Assembly: GCA_963805975.1 (NCBI GenBank)
Contig: CAWDVR010000002.1
Span: 384,001-448,000, forward strand
From: an uncultured Acidobacteriota bacterium
GTDB lineage: Bacteria > Acidobacteriota > Thermoanaerobaculia > Multivoradales > SZUA-115
DNA length: 64,000 nt
Reading direction: 5' to 3'
Shown here: piece after piece, positions 16,482 to 26,342 of the stretch
How positions within the stretch are numbered: position 1 is the first letter of the stretch
How the letters are laid out: every line of letters starts with the position of its first letter
Translations under genes and position numbers: made by a program
The notes under the pieces: generated by a model
What the model was told of the DNA's origin: nothing
Seen by the model: only the letters and a program-made list of their open reading frames with translations
Database searches by the model: none

Positions 16482-18034
16482 GCCCTGGCCTCGCCCAGGG
16501 CGCGCAAGCGCTCGGGCCCCTTTGCGGCCTCGGCCGCGGGCACCGGCAATGCCACGGAGAACACGCTGCCCCCTCCCGGACGGTCCGTCACCCAGATCGC
16601 TCCGTCGTGGGCTTCGACGAGCTCGCGGCAGATCGCGAGCCCCAGTCCCACCCCGCCGCCGTTGGTCCGCGGATTGTGCCCCACCTGGTGGAACTTGCGG
16701 AAGATGGCTTCCTTCTGCTCGTCGGGGACGCCCGGCCCGCGATCGGCCACCGACAGCCACGCGAAACGCCTGCCGCCTCCCCCGAGCTTCTCGGCCACCC
16801 GCCGCGGCGGGCGGGGGGGCAGCGGCCCGGCGGGCCGCACCCCGACCTCGATGGCCGATCCCTTGGGCGAGAACTTGAGCGCGTTGTCGACCAGGTTCTC
16901 GAGCACCTGGATCAGCCGGTCCCGGTCGGCCGGGGCGACTACCGGAGGCGGCTCCGAGGGCAGCTCGAGGACCAGGCCGATCTTGCGCTCGGCGGCCCGG
17001 GCCTCGTACTCGGAGACGGCGAAGCGGGCGATCTCCGAGAGATCCTCCGGCTTGAACTCGTAGCTCATGGCCCCGGCCTCGAGGCTCGACAGATCGAGCA
17101 GGTTCGAGAGCATGGCCGACAGGCGCCGGCCGCTCTCGATGTTGAGCTCGAGGAGGCGCTGCTGCTTGTCGTTGAGCGGCCCGGCGAGCTCGTCGACCAG
17201 GAGCTGGTTGGTCTCCTGCATGGCGACCAGGGGGTTCTTGAGCTCGTGGGAGACGTGGGCGACGAAGTCCTTCTTCATCTGGTCGAGCTCGGAGAGGCGC
17301 CGGACCATGGCGTTGAAGGAGGCGGCGAGGCGCGAGAACTCCTCGTCCTTGCCGAGGTCGAGCCGGTAGTCGAACTGCCCGCCAGCCACCGCACGCGTGC
17401 CCTCCACCAGCCGCCGCAGCGGCACGTTGATCGAGCGCACGGTCCAGGTGACGATCAGCGCGCAGAGCGCCAGGGCGACGAGGAGCGCCCTACCGGACAG
17501 CTTCTCCACGTCCTCTTTCGAGATCGACGATTTCTGCACCTGGGTCTCGGCCTCGATCTGGGCCGCGTCGAGCATGACCGAGGCCTTGGCACGCACCTCC
17601 GCGAGCTTGTCGAACACCGGGGACCAGGTCCTGAGGTCCCATGCCCCGCCGCTCGATGCCTGGCTCTCGACGGCGTCGAAGGTCCGGCCGAGCTCGGCCG
17701 CGAGCTCGGAGAGGAGCGCCACCTGCTGGCGGTGCTCCTGCGTGGTGCCCAGGCCGGCGAGCTTCGCCAGGCCCTGCTCCAAGCTGGCCTGCTGCTCGCG
17801 GACGCTTCGCGCATAGTTCGGGTCCTGCACGACGAGCAGGCGCCGGGTCCGGTCCCTCAGCGTGTCGAGAGTGGCGAGCTGGGCGGCGAGCTCGGACGCC
17901 ACCGGGACCTTGTTCGAGAGATCACGGTTGAGCGGCTCGTTCTGCCGGCCGAGGTTGACGTAATAGGCCAGCACGCCGGCGAAGAGCAGCACCACCAGGC
18001 CCAGGCCGGTCGAGATCTTGGTGGCGACGCGCAT
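16478..18034 (-). CDS. HAMP-domain sensor histidine kinase
   Basis: Two TM helices around a periplasmic helical domain; HAMP PLRRL..EEFSRLAASFN; VSHELKNPL; NLVDNALKF; DRGPG; GVGLGL. Confidence 0.93.
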   Translation of the reverse strand: MRVATKISTGLGLVVLLFAGVLAYYVNLGRQNEPLNRDLSNKVPVASELAAQLATLDTLRDRTRRLLVVQDPNYARSVREQQASLEQGLAKLAGLGTTQEHRQQVALLSELAAELGRTFDAVESQASSGGAWDLRTWSPVFDKLAEVRAKASVMLDAAQIEAETQVQKSSISKEDVEKLSGRALLVALALCALIVTWTVRSINVPLRRLVEGTRAVAGGQFDYRLDLGKDEEFSRLAASFNAMVRRLSELDQMKKDFVAHVSHELKNPLVAMQETNQLLVDELAGPLNDKQQRLLELNIESGRRLSAMLSNLLDLSSLEAGAMSYEFKPEDLSEIARFAVSEYEARAAERKIGLVLELPSEPPPVVAPADRDRLIQVLENLVDNALKFSPKGSAIEVGVRPAGPLPPRPPRRVAEKLGGGGRRFAWLSVADRGPGVPDEQKEAIFRKFHQVGHNPRTNGGGVGLGLAICRELVEAHDGAIWVTDRPGGGSVFSVALPVPAAEAAKGPERLRALGEARA

Positions 18035-18046
18035 CGCCCCGCCACT

Positions 18047-19411
<1,365 letters not shown>

Positions 19412-19478
19412 GCCGAGATGGCCCACCAGGGGCACCGTCCACCGACGCACCCTCTCCCCAAGCTTAACTTGCATGGGC

Positions 19479-20567
19479 TCAGTGGACCGAGAGCGTGGCC
19501 GGCCAGGGGAACCTGGGCCCGACCTCGCCCTCGTCCCCACCCCCGCTCGGGGCCGGCGCCAGGTCGAAGGTGCCACCCCGGCCGCCGGCCAGGTGCCGCG
19601 CCAACCGCTGCTCCAGCTCCCAGCGCGGCAGGCGCTGGAAGAGGAGCACGGGCGCCTCGCCCGCCGGGGAGCCGGCGAGCTCCTCGCAGAGCACGCGCGC
19701 GCCCGCGGGCCCGGCGAAGATCAACCGCTGCTCCGCCCCGGGCTCGCCGCTCGCCGTCAGCTCCTGGCGCTCGATCTCGAGCACGTGGTCCGACCACACG
19801 AGATCGAGCCAGCGGGCGAGCGGCGGCGCCAGGAAGTAGGCCGCGCCACGCGGCTCGAGAAGCTCGGCCGCGACCATCGCCGTGAGCAGTGAGCGGCTCT
19901 CGTCGCAGCCATCTGCAAGGCCGCCCAGGAGGTTGATCAACCGTTCCTCGGTGAGCGGCTCACCGACGGCGCGGCCCTGCTTCTTCCACAGCGCGGTCAG
20001 CAGCTCGAAGACCTCGGGCAGGAGCGCCAGGGCCTCGAGCTGCGGCGCGATGTGCGAGGCGTCGAGCTGGTCGGCCAGCGCGCTCCGCAGCGCCGGGAGA
20101 CGGAGCGGCTCGGAGAGACGGAAGCCCTCGGGGTCGCTCTCGCCGGCGACCGCGAGCCGGCCGCGCAGGAAGAGCTGAAGAACCTTGGGCGGACGATAAG
20201 GCTCGGCGATCGCGATGCGCAGCCGCGCCTCAGGGCGCTCGAGCACCGCCAGGGCCTGACCGAGCGGCGACAGGCGCAGGCGCTGGGCCACCAGGCGCGC
20301 GCCGGAGCGGAAAGGATCGCTCGCCAAGAGGCGAGCGCCGGCCCGCTGCCGCTCGGCGGCCGAGCACCAGGGCTCGGGGCCGGAGAAGGGGGCGAGCGGC
20401 GAGCTCTCGCCAGGCCGGAAGTAGCCGCCATCGGCGAGCCAGGCGAGGCTGGCGGTGGAAAGCAGGCGGGTGCGTAGCCTCAGGAGGTCGACGGCGGCGG
20501 GGCGGGACTCGGGAGCGGAGAGAACCTTTGCCGATTCGTGCAGGGAGCCCAGACCATGTTCGGTCAC
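19479..20567 (-). CDS. Hypothetical protein
   Basis: 362-aa ORF with a GGAG SD-like sequence and protein-like Leu/Ala/Glu composition; no family recognised. Confidence 0.55.
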   Translation of the reverse strand: MTEHGLGSLHESAKVLSAPESRPAAVDLLRLRTRLLSTASLAWLADGGYFRPGESSPLAPFSGPEPWCSAAERQRAGARLLASDPFRSGARLVAQRLRLSPLGQALAVLERPEARLRIAIAEPYRPPKVLQLFLRGRLAVAGESDPEGFRLSEPLRLPALRSALADQLDASHIAPQLEALALLPEVFELLTALWKKQGRAVGEPLTEERLINLLGGLADGCDESRSLLTAMVAAELLEPRGAAYFLAPPLARWLDLVWSDHVLEIERQELTASGEPGAEQRLIFAGPAGARVLCEELAGSPAGEAPVLLFQRLPRWELEQRLARHLAGGRGGTFDLAPAPSGGGDEGEVGPRFPWPATLSVH

Positions 20568-20914
20568 AGATGTGTCTCCTCGGGTGAAAGCCTCGGTTGT
20601 GTCGGCAAGGCGGAGAAGGCTCCGCCCGCCCTATCGAGCAGCAACCTCCATACCACTCCCGGCCTGCGCCCATATCCTCAATCCCATCTTCGCTTTAGGT
20701 CCAACGAACTGACTACCGACCGAAACGACGACACTGGCATTCCGGGAAAAAATTCCCGACACCCCAGCATCCGGTGCGATTCGAGGATATGGAACGGGGG
20801 AGGCCAACGCCGCTCCGGCGACGTGACAAGAGCACTTTCCGTTGTTCTTCGGAGCAGCGGCCCAAAGCCGCCAGGCAATCGGGGAGCAAACTCTGTCGAT
20901 GGTCAGACGCTGGA

Positions 20915-21175
20915 TCACGCCAGCGGCGCGATCTTGCCCGGCGCCTGCTGGTTCCTGGCCTTCTGCCAGCAAGCTCGGAGCTCGGTCTGGTGGAGTGCGG
21001 CCCACTCCATGACGAGACCCAGCGCCCGCGCGGGGAGGCTGCCTGCGATGAGTGCCAGGCTGTCGATCTCGATCACTACCCGGTCGGCGCCGTACTCGGC
21101 GTGAAAATGCGGTGGGTTGTGGTCATCGAAATACATTCTGATGACGATGCCGAAGAAGCGGCTGAGCTCAGGCAA
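20915..21175 (-). CDS. DUF4160 family protein (putative toxin)
   Basis: PELSRFFGIVIRMYFDDHNPPHFHAEY..VMEWAALHQTEL; TTG start overlapping the upstream gene. Confidence 0.88.
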   Translation of the reverse strand: MPELSRFFGIVIRMYFDDHNPPHFHAEYGADRVVIEIDSLALIAGSLPARALGLVMEWAALHQTELRACWQKARNQQAPGKIAPLA

Positions 21176-21452
21176 GCACCTGCCTCCGTGCAAGAGCAGG
21201 GAACAACTGTTCCGGGCTCTCCCCGGTGAGCCTCAGGTACACGCTGTCCGGGCAGAGCTCCACCTCGTCGGACCACGCGATGGCTCCGCCGGGTCCGAGA
21301 TGCACTTTCCGAAACGCGCTCTCGTCGTTCCACAACGAGAACACCCCACGGCCTGCGAGGTCGGAAAGATCCACCTCGCCTTGCGTTCCGTCAGAGTAGC
21401 GGAGCCAGATCTTGTAGCCGGCGAGCGCCTTGACTTCGAGCGGCGTGAGCAT
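21168..21452 (-). CDS. DUF2442 family protein (putative antitoxin)
   Basis: VKALAGYKIWLRYSDGTQGEVDL..IAWSDEVELCPDSVY. Confidence 0.88.
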   Translation of the reverse strand: MLTPLEVKALAGYKIWLRYSDGTQGEVDLSDLAGRGVFSLWNDESAFRKVHLGPGGAIAWSDEVELCPDSVYLRLTGESPEQLFPALARRQVLA

Positions 21453-21475
21453 CGACGTTCGTTCCTCGCGACCTG

Positions 21476-21515
21476 GCACCGCGGGACCGGGCTTACCTCC
21501 CGGGTCCCGCGGTGC
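21476..21515. terminator. GC-rich stem-loop downstream of the TonB receptor gene
   Basis: GCACCGCGGGACCGGG / CCCGGGTCCCGCGGTGC inverted repeat with one bulge; no clear U-tract. Confidence 0.45.
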
Positions 21516-21541
21516 TCTCAGTCATCCTACTATCGCGCCTC

Positions 21542-24500
21542 CTACCAGGTCACACGCAGACCGAGCTGGAACTGGCGCGGGTCGCCGGCGCCGCTCCTCA
21601 CCGTGCCGTCGAAGTTGTTGGCGAGGTTGGTCACCTGCGGGCGGACGAAGTTGTCCGAGTCGAGCAGGTTGAAGACCTCGAAGCTCGGCTGGAGGGTGAG
21701 GTTGCCGACCGCGAAGTCCTTCGACAGCCGGAGGTCGAGGGAGCTGTACTTGTTGTCCTTGCGGCCCAGGTTGCGGCGTGTCACCGAGCCATCCGGGTTG
21801 ATGCGGTCGGCCGGAGTGGCGGCGTCCGTGCCGTCGGCCTTGATCGACTTCGGCTGCGCCGAGCGGTAGGAGTAGCGCGTGTTCAGGTCCAGCTCCCAGG
21901 GCAGGCGGAAGAGGGCCCAGGCGTTGATGCGATGGCGCTGGTCGCGGTCCGAGTAGCTGAACTCGCGGTCGAGCTGAGTGATGTCGGCGTAGCGGAAGGT
22001 GAAGGGGTCGCGCTCGTTGTCGTCGTCCGACTCGTCCTTCGACCAGGTGTAGTAGACCTGGTACTCGTAATTCTTGGCCCAGCGCTTGTTGATCCCCAGC
22101 GTCACGCCCTGGTAGCGGCTCTTGGCCGTGGACTCGACGGTGGTGAGCGTGGTGATGCCGTTGCCTCCTCCGGGCGGCAGCCCCGCCGACCAGGGCGAGC
22201 CCAGGCGCGGGTCATTGCGGTTGACGAAGCGGGTGATGTGGTCGGTCTTGGCGTAGTTGAGCTTCAGCAGCACCGCGTGGTCGACGATCACCTCGCGCTC
22301 GTACGACAGGCTGTAGGAGTAGGTGCGCGGGGTCCGCCAGTCCTCGTCGTAGACGAAGACGTCGGGAAAGAAGACCGGCAGTCCCTGGGTGTTGATCAGC
22401 GTACGGTAGTCGGGCGGCGGCGGCAGGATGCCGATCGAGCCCAGGAAGCTGTTGCGGAAAAGGGTCTGGGCGAGGGTGCCGTTGGTCGAGCGCGTGGAGG
22501 CGAGGTTCAAGGCCGGCAGCCGGGCGTGGAAGATGCCGGCCGTGCCGCGCACCACAGACTTCTCCTCCGGTACCCAGGAGATGCCCAGCCGCGGCTGCCA
22601 CATCTCGTAGTCGTCCGGGATGTCGCCGTCGGATGGGAAGGTCTGGGGTCCGGCGGCGGTGGTCACCGTCTGGCCGATGAACGGTGCGAAGAACACTTCG
22701 CTGGGCGGTGTGCGCACGTCCGGGTTGTCGAGCGCCTCCCAGCGCAGGCCGTACTGCACGGTCAGGTTGGCGGTGGGCCGCCACTCGTCCTGCAGGAAGA
22801 TCGCCGGCTCCCGCTGCTTGATGGTCTGGGTGCCGGCCTCCTCGGCCGTGGTGTTGCCCGCGCCCGCCTGCTGCAGGTAGAGCAGCACCGGCCCCACCAC
22901 CGAGGTGCCGCCAGGGCAGAGGCCGGTCTGCGAGCCGATGATCGGCGCTCCGGGGCCGGCCTGGCACTCCACGTAATTGGGGTTGTTGTAAAAGTTGATG
23001 AAGCCGTCGACGCTCGAGAAGATGAACCGCCCGTTGGCGAAGCCGACGAAGGTCTGGGACGAGGCGACCTCGTTGTACTCCACGCCCGCCTTGAACGAGT
23101 GATCGCCGCGCAGCCACGACAGGTTGTCGGTGAGCTGGATGCGGTCGTCGTCGTACTGCACGGGCAGAAAGAACGGCATGCCGAAGCGGTTGCCGTTGGA
23201 GTTGATGGCGGTGTCGGGGAAGGCACGGTCCTGGCCCGGGATGTCGGGGCCGTCGTAGGGGCGCGGGCGCCACTCCTTGGCGTACTGGGCGCGGAGCTCG
23301 TTCAGCAGGTTGGGAGAGAGGGTGCTGATCCAGGTCGCGGTGCCGGCGCTCGAGTAGTCGCGCTCGATGCCGTTGGCGGAGGCGCCCCACGGGTCGACGT
23401 CGAAGGTGCCGTTCTCCTGCTCGGAGTTGGTGTACGAGTAGCGCAGCGTCAGCACGTTCTTGTCCGAAGCGTGCCAGTCGAGCTTGACCAGGGCGACCTC
23501 GGCGTCGTCGCTCCTGGTGATCGGCGCGTTGTCGTTCGGGATGCCGATCGAGTCGAGGAAGGCCACGAGCTGCGGGTCCATGCGGCCCGGGTCGGTCTGC
23601 TTGGTGCGCTCGCCGCGCTGCAGATCGGCGGCGAGGAAGTAGAAGAGCCGGTCCTGCCGCAGGGGGCCGCCCAGGGTGAACCCGGCCTGGGTCTGGTCGA
23701 AGTTCCCTTCCTCGGCCGAGCTGCCGTCCGGGTTCTTGGGCGTGCCGGAGAGGCTGTCGTCCTTGTAGAAGGCGTGCGCGCTGCCGTGCATCTCGTTGGT
23801 GCCGGACTTGGTGACCACGTTGACGAAGCCGCCGGCCGAGCGGCCGAACTCGGCCGGTGCGCCGTCGGCCACCACCACCACCTCCTGAACCGCGTCGAGG
23901 TTGAAGGTGAAGGGCGGGCGCTGGCCGCCGCGCTGCTCGCCGAAGAACGGGTTGTTGAAGTCCGCGCCGTCGACCGAGATGTTGTTGGCGATGCCCTTCT
24001 GGCCGTTGATCGACAGCTCGTCGCCGTCCGGGCCCTGGACGATGGTGACGCCCGGCGTGAGCTTGGTGTAGTCGAGGAAGTTGCGGCCGTTGTTGGGCAA
24101 CCCTTCGATGGCGGCCTGGTCGATGCGCGTCGCGCCCTCGGTGCGGCTGGCCTCGATGAGCGGCGCCTCCTCCGTCACCGTGATCTCCTGGGCGATCGCC
24201 GACACCGACATGCCGAGGGTGAGCGACACCGTCTGGCCGAGGGCGAGCTCGATCCCCTCGCGCACCAGGGTCGAGAAACCCTCGAGGCTCGCCGTCACGC
24301 GGTAGGGGCCCAGCGGCAGCAGGGCGCCGCGGAAGCGGCCCCGGCTGTCGGTGGTCAGCGTTTGCTCGAAGTTGGTGGCCGTGTTGCGGATCACCACCGT
24401 CACTCCCGGCAGCACCCCACCGGTCTCGTCCACCGCCGTGCCCTCGATGACGCCGGTGGTGGCCTGGGACTGGGCGTCGAGGGCGGCGGGGGCCGCGAGG

Positions 24501-24580
24501 AAGAAGGCAAGGCAGAGAAACGGCAGTGCGAGACTCAAGCCCGACATCGTGGCGCCTGACATCCTGGGATGTCGCAGCAT
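21542..24580 (-). CDS. TonB-dependent receptor, Oar-like, with N-terminal carboxypeptidase-regulatory-like domain
   Basis: GAAGGAG SD; signal peptide; GVIEGTAVDETGGVLPGVTV; LPNNGRNFLDY; AEFGRSAGGFVNVVTKSGTN; C-terminal PRQFQLGLRVTW. Confidence 0.93.
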   Translation of the reverse strand: MLRHPRMSGATMSGLSLALPFLCLAFFLAAPAALDAQSQATTGVIEGTAVDETGGVLPGVTVVIRNTATNFEQTLTTDSRGRFRGALLPLGPYRVTASLEGFSTLVREGIELALGQTVSLTLGMSVSAIAQEITVTEEAPLIEASRTEGATRIDQAAIEGLPNNGRNFLDYTKLTPGVTIVQGPDGDELSINGQKGIANNISVDGADFNNPFFGEQRGGQRPPFTFNLDAVQEVVVVADGAPAEFGRSAGGFVNVVTKSGTNEMHGSAHAFYKDDSLSGTPKNPDGSSAEEGNFDQTQAGFTLGGPLRQDRLFYFLAADLQRGERTKQTDPGRMDPQLVAFLDSIGIPNDNAPITRSDDAEVALVKLDWHASDKNVLTLRYSYTNSEQENGTFDVDPWGASANGIERDYSSAGTATWISTLSPNLLNELRAQYAKEWRPRPYDGPDIPGQDRAFPDTAINSNGNRFGMPFFLPVQYDDDRIQLTDNLSWLRGDHSFKAGVEYNEVASSQTFVGFANGRFIFSSVDGFINFYNNPNYVECQAGPGAPIIGSQTGLCPGGTSVVGPVLLYLQQAGAGNTTAEEAGTQTIKQREPAIFLQDEWRPTANLTVQYGLRWEALDNPDVRTPPSEVFFAPFIGQTVTTAAGPQTFPSDGDIPDDYEMWQPRLGISWVPEEKSVVRGTAGIFHARLPALNLASTRSTNGTLAQTLFRNSFLGSIGILPPPPDYRTLINTQGLPVFFPDVFVYDEDWRTPRTYSYSLSYEREVIVDHAVLLKLNYAKTDHITRFVNRNDPRLGSPWSAGLPPGGGNGITTLTTVESTAKSRYQGVTLGINKRWAKNYEYQVYYTWSKDESDDDNERDPFTFRYADITQLDREFSYSDRDQRHRINAWALFRLPWELDLNTRYSYRSAQPKSIKADGTDAATPADRINPDGSVTRRNLGRKDNKYSSLDLRLSKDFAVGNLTLQPSFEVFNLLDSDNFVRPQVTNLANNFDGTVRSGAGDPRQFQLGLRVTW

Positions 24581-24765
24581 CTTCGATCTCCTTCATCGCC
24601 CCGGCTCGAGGCGGTATGTGGCAGTGAATGCGCTGTTGGGATCTTACAGAGGCGGGGCCGTCTCAGCTAGAGCCTGGGACCGGAGAGGCGTCACGGCATC
24701 GGCAGCCTCCCGTAGTACCCTATTCCGGCTTGCTCGCATCCAATCTTGCACGCAGGATCTGAACC

Positions 24766-25302
24766 TTGGAGATCCAGACCCCGTATCCGGACGAGGAGCT
24801 GGCGAGGCTGCGCTCCGCCCTGGCCCGGGCGGTGGTCCGGGTCTGCCCCCGCTGGCTGGCCGACCAGGCGGACGACCTGGTGCAGGTTGCCATGCTGCGC
24901 CTGCTGGAAATCCGGCGCCGCGCTGAGGGAAAGGTCGAGTTCAAGTCGTTCTATTTGCGCAAGGTGGCCTACTCGGCCCTGATCGACGAGATCCGGCGGC
25001 GCCGGCGGCGGCACGAGGTGGCGCTGCCGGAGGGTGAGTGGACGATCGAGCCGCAGACCACGGCCGCGAGCTCGAATCCCGAGCGCAACCGCGCGGCGAG
25101 CGAGATCGGCCGCGCCATCCGCGACTGCCTGGGCCGGCTGATCCGGCCGCGGCGGTTGGCCGCCACATTGCACTTGCAAGGGCACAGCGTGCCCGAGGTG
25201 AGCCAGCTCATGGGCTGGACCGTGAAAAAGGCCGAGAACCTGGTCTATCGCGGTCTGGCGGACTTGCGCGAGTGCCTGGTGGAAAACGGGGTGACACCAT
25301 GA
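24766..25302 (+). CDS. ECF RNA polymerase sigma factor
   Basis: Region 2 ADDLVQVAMLRL..YLRKVAYSALIDEIRR; region 4 GHSVPEVSQLMGWTVKKAENLVYRG. Confidence 0.9.
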   Translation: MEIQTPYPDEELARLRSALARAVVRVCPRWLADQADDLVQVAMLRLLEIRRRAEGKVEFKSFYLRKVAYSALIDEIRRRRRRHEVALPEGEWTIEPQTTAASSNPERNRAASEIGRAIRDCLGRLIRPRRLAATLHLQGHSVPEVSQLMGWTVKKAENLVYRGLADLRECLVENGVTP

Positions 25303-25961
25303 AGAGCGATACCGGCGACCTTGCTGCTCTGCGGGCGGGCTTTCAGGCCGTAGGCGAGCCGGCCGCGAACAACGAGAGCTGCCCGCAGGCGGAGGCGATC
25401 CTGCAGGCGGTCGAGGGCGAACTCTCGCCTACCGAGCTCCGCACCGTGGTCGAGCACACCGCGAGCTGCGCCGCCTGCGCCGAGGACTGGCGGATCGCCG
25501 CCGCCTACGTTCGCGAGCTGGGTGCGCAAACAGCAGCTCCACGGGCGGCGACCTCGGGCTGGCGGCGCTGGGCCCTGCCTGCCGCGGCGGCCGTGGCGCT
25601 GGTCGCGGTCGGTCTCGCCTGGTTCGACGGCCCCCACCCGGCCGATCGCGACCCGGTCTATCGCGACCAGCGCCCCGCCGTCCTCCGCTCCCTGGTGGCG
25701 GAAGGTACGACCCTGCCCGCCGACGCCTTCGTCCTGCGCTGGGAAGCGGTGCCGGGCGCCACCGCCTACGAGGTGCAGATCCTGACCGAGGCGCTCGACC
25801 CGGTGACCTCGGCGAAGGAGCTGGCGGCTCCCGAGCTCCGGATCCCCGCCTCCTCCCTGGCCGCACTGCCCTCCGGCAGCCTGCTCTACTGGCAGGTCAC
25901 CGCCCGGCAGGGCGACGGCAGCCGCCTCGTCTCTCCCACCTTCGCGGTCCGTTTGCGCTAG
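25299..25961 (+). CDS. Putative ZAS-type anti-sigma factor with TM helix and extracytoplasmic beta-rich domain
   Basis: ATGA overlap with the sigma gene; HTASCAAC (HxxxCxxC); TM WALPAAAAVALVAVGLAW; Fn3-like LRWEAVPGATAYEV..YWQVTA. Confidence 0.8.
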   Translation: MKSDTGDLAALRAGFQAVGEPAANNESCPQAEAILQAVEGELSPTELRTVVEHTASCAACAEDWRIAAAYVRELGAQTAAPRAATSGWRRWALPAAAAVALVAVGLAWFDGPHPADRDPVYRDQRPAVLRSLVAEGTTLPADAFVLRWEAVPGATAYEVQILTEALDPVTSAKELAAPELRIPASSLAALPSGSLLYWQVTARQGDGSRLVSPTFAVRLR

Positions 25962-26073
25962 CTAGCCGGTTTTCCCACCGGTTGCGCTTAACCCTCCGAC
26001 AGACTGGCCGTGGCGGGGCTTCTCCCGCCGGCCGAGCAAGCGGCTTCGGTCATCCGAAGCGGGAGGCGATCTC

Positions 26074-26253
26074 ATGATCTCTCGACGTTCTACAGCCAAG
26101 CGCAAGCCCAGCTCCACCCTTCGCAAGCCAGCGCGCAACCGGACCGCAAAGCTCGGGGTCAAGCCCGCGAAGCACGGGCGGAAGCTCTCGAGCGGCATGC
26201 GCCTCAAGAGCAACACGCCCGAGGTGACGAACCCCGATCCGCCGCGTCCCTAG
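26074..26253 (+). CDS. 59-aa Lys/Arg-rich small protein with Pro-rich C-terminus (not in the ORF track)
   Basis: GGGAGG SD at 26061-26066, ATG 26074, TAG 26251-26253; MISRRSTAKRKPSSTLRKPARNRTAKLGVKPAKHGRKLSSGMRLKSNTPEVTNPDPPRP. Confidence 0.6.
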   Translation: MISRRSTAKRKPSSTLRKPARNRTAKLGVKPAKHGRKLSSGMRLKSNTPEVTNPDPPRP

Positions 26254-26342
26254 CCAGATGACTCGGGGGGTCGCTCGCAGCCGGGCGGCAGCGGCAGCGC
26301 CGCCCGGCGACGAGCGCGGGCTTATGATCCGGTCACGGTCTC

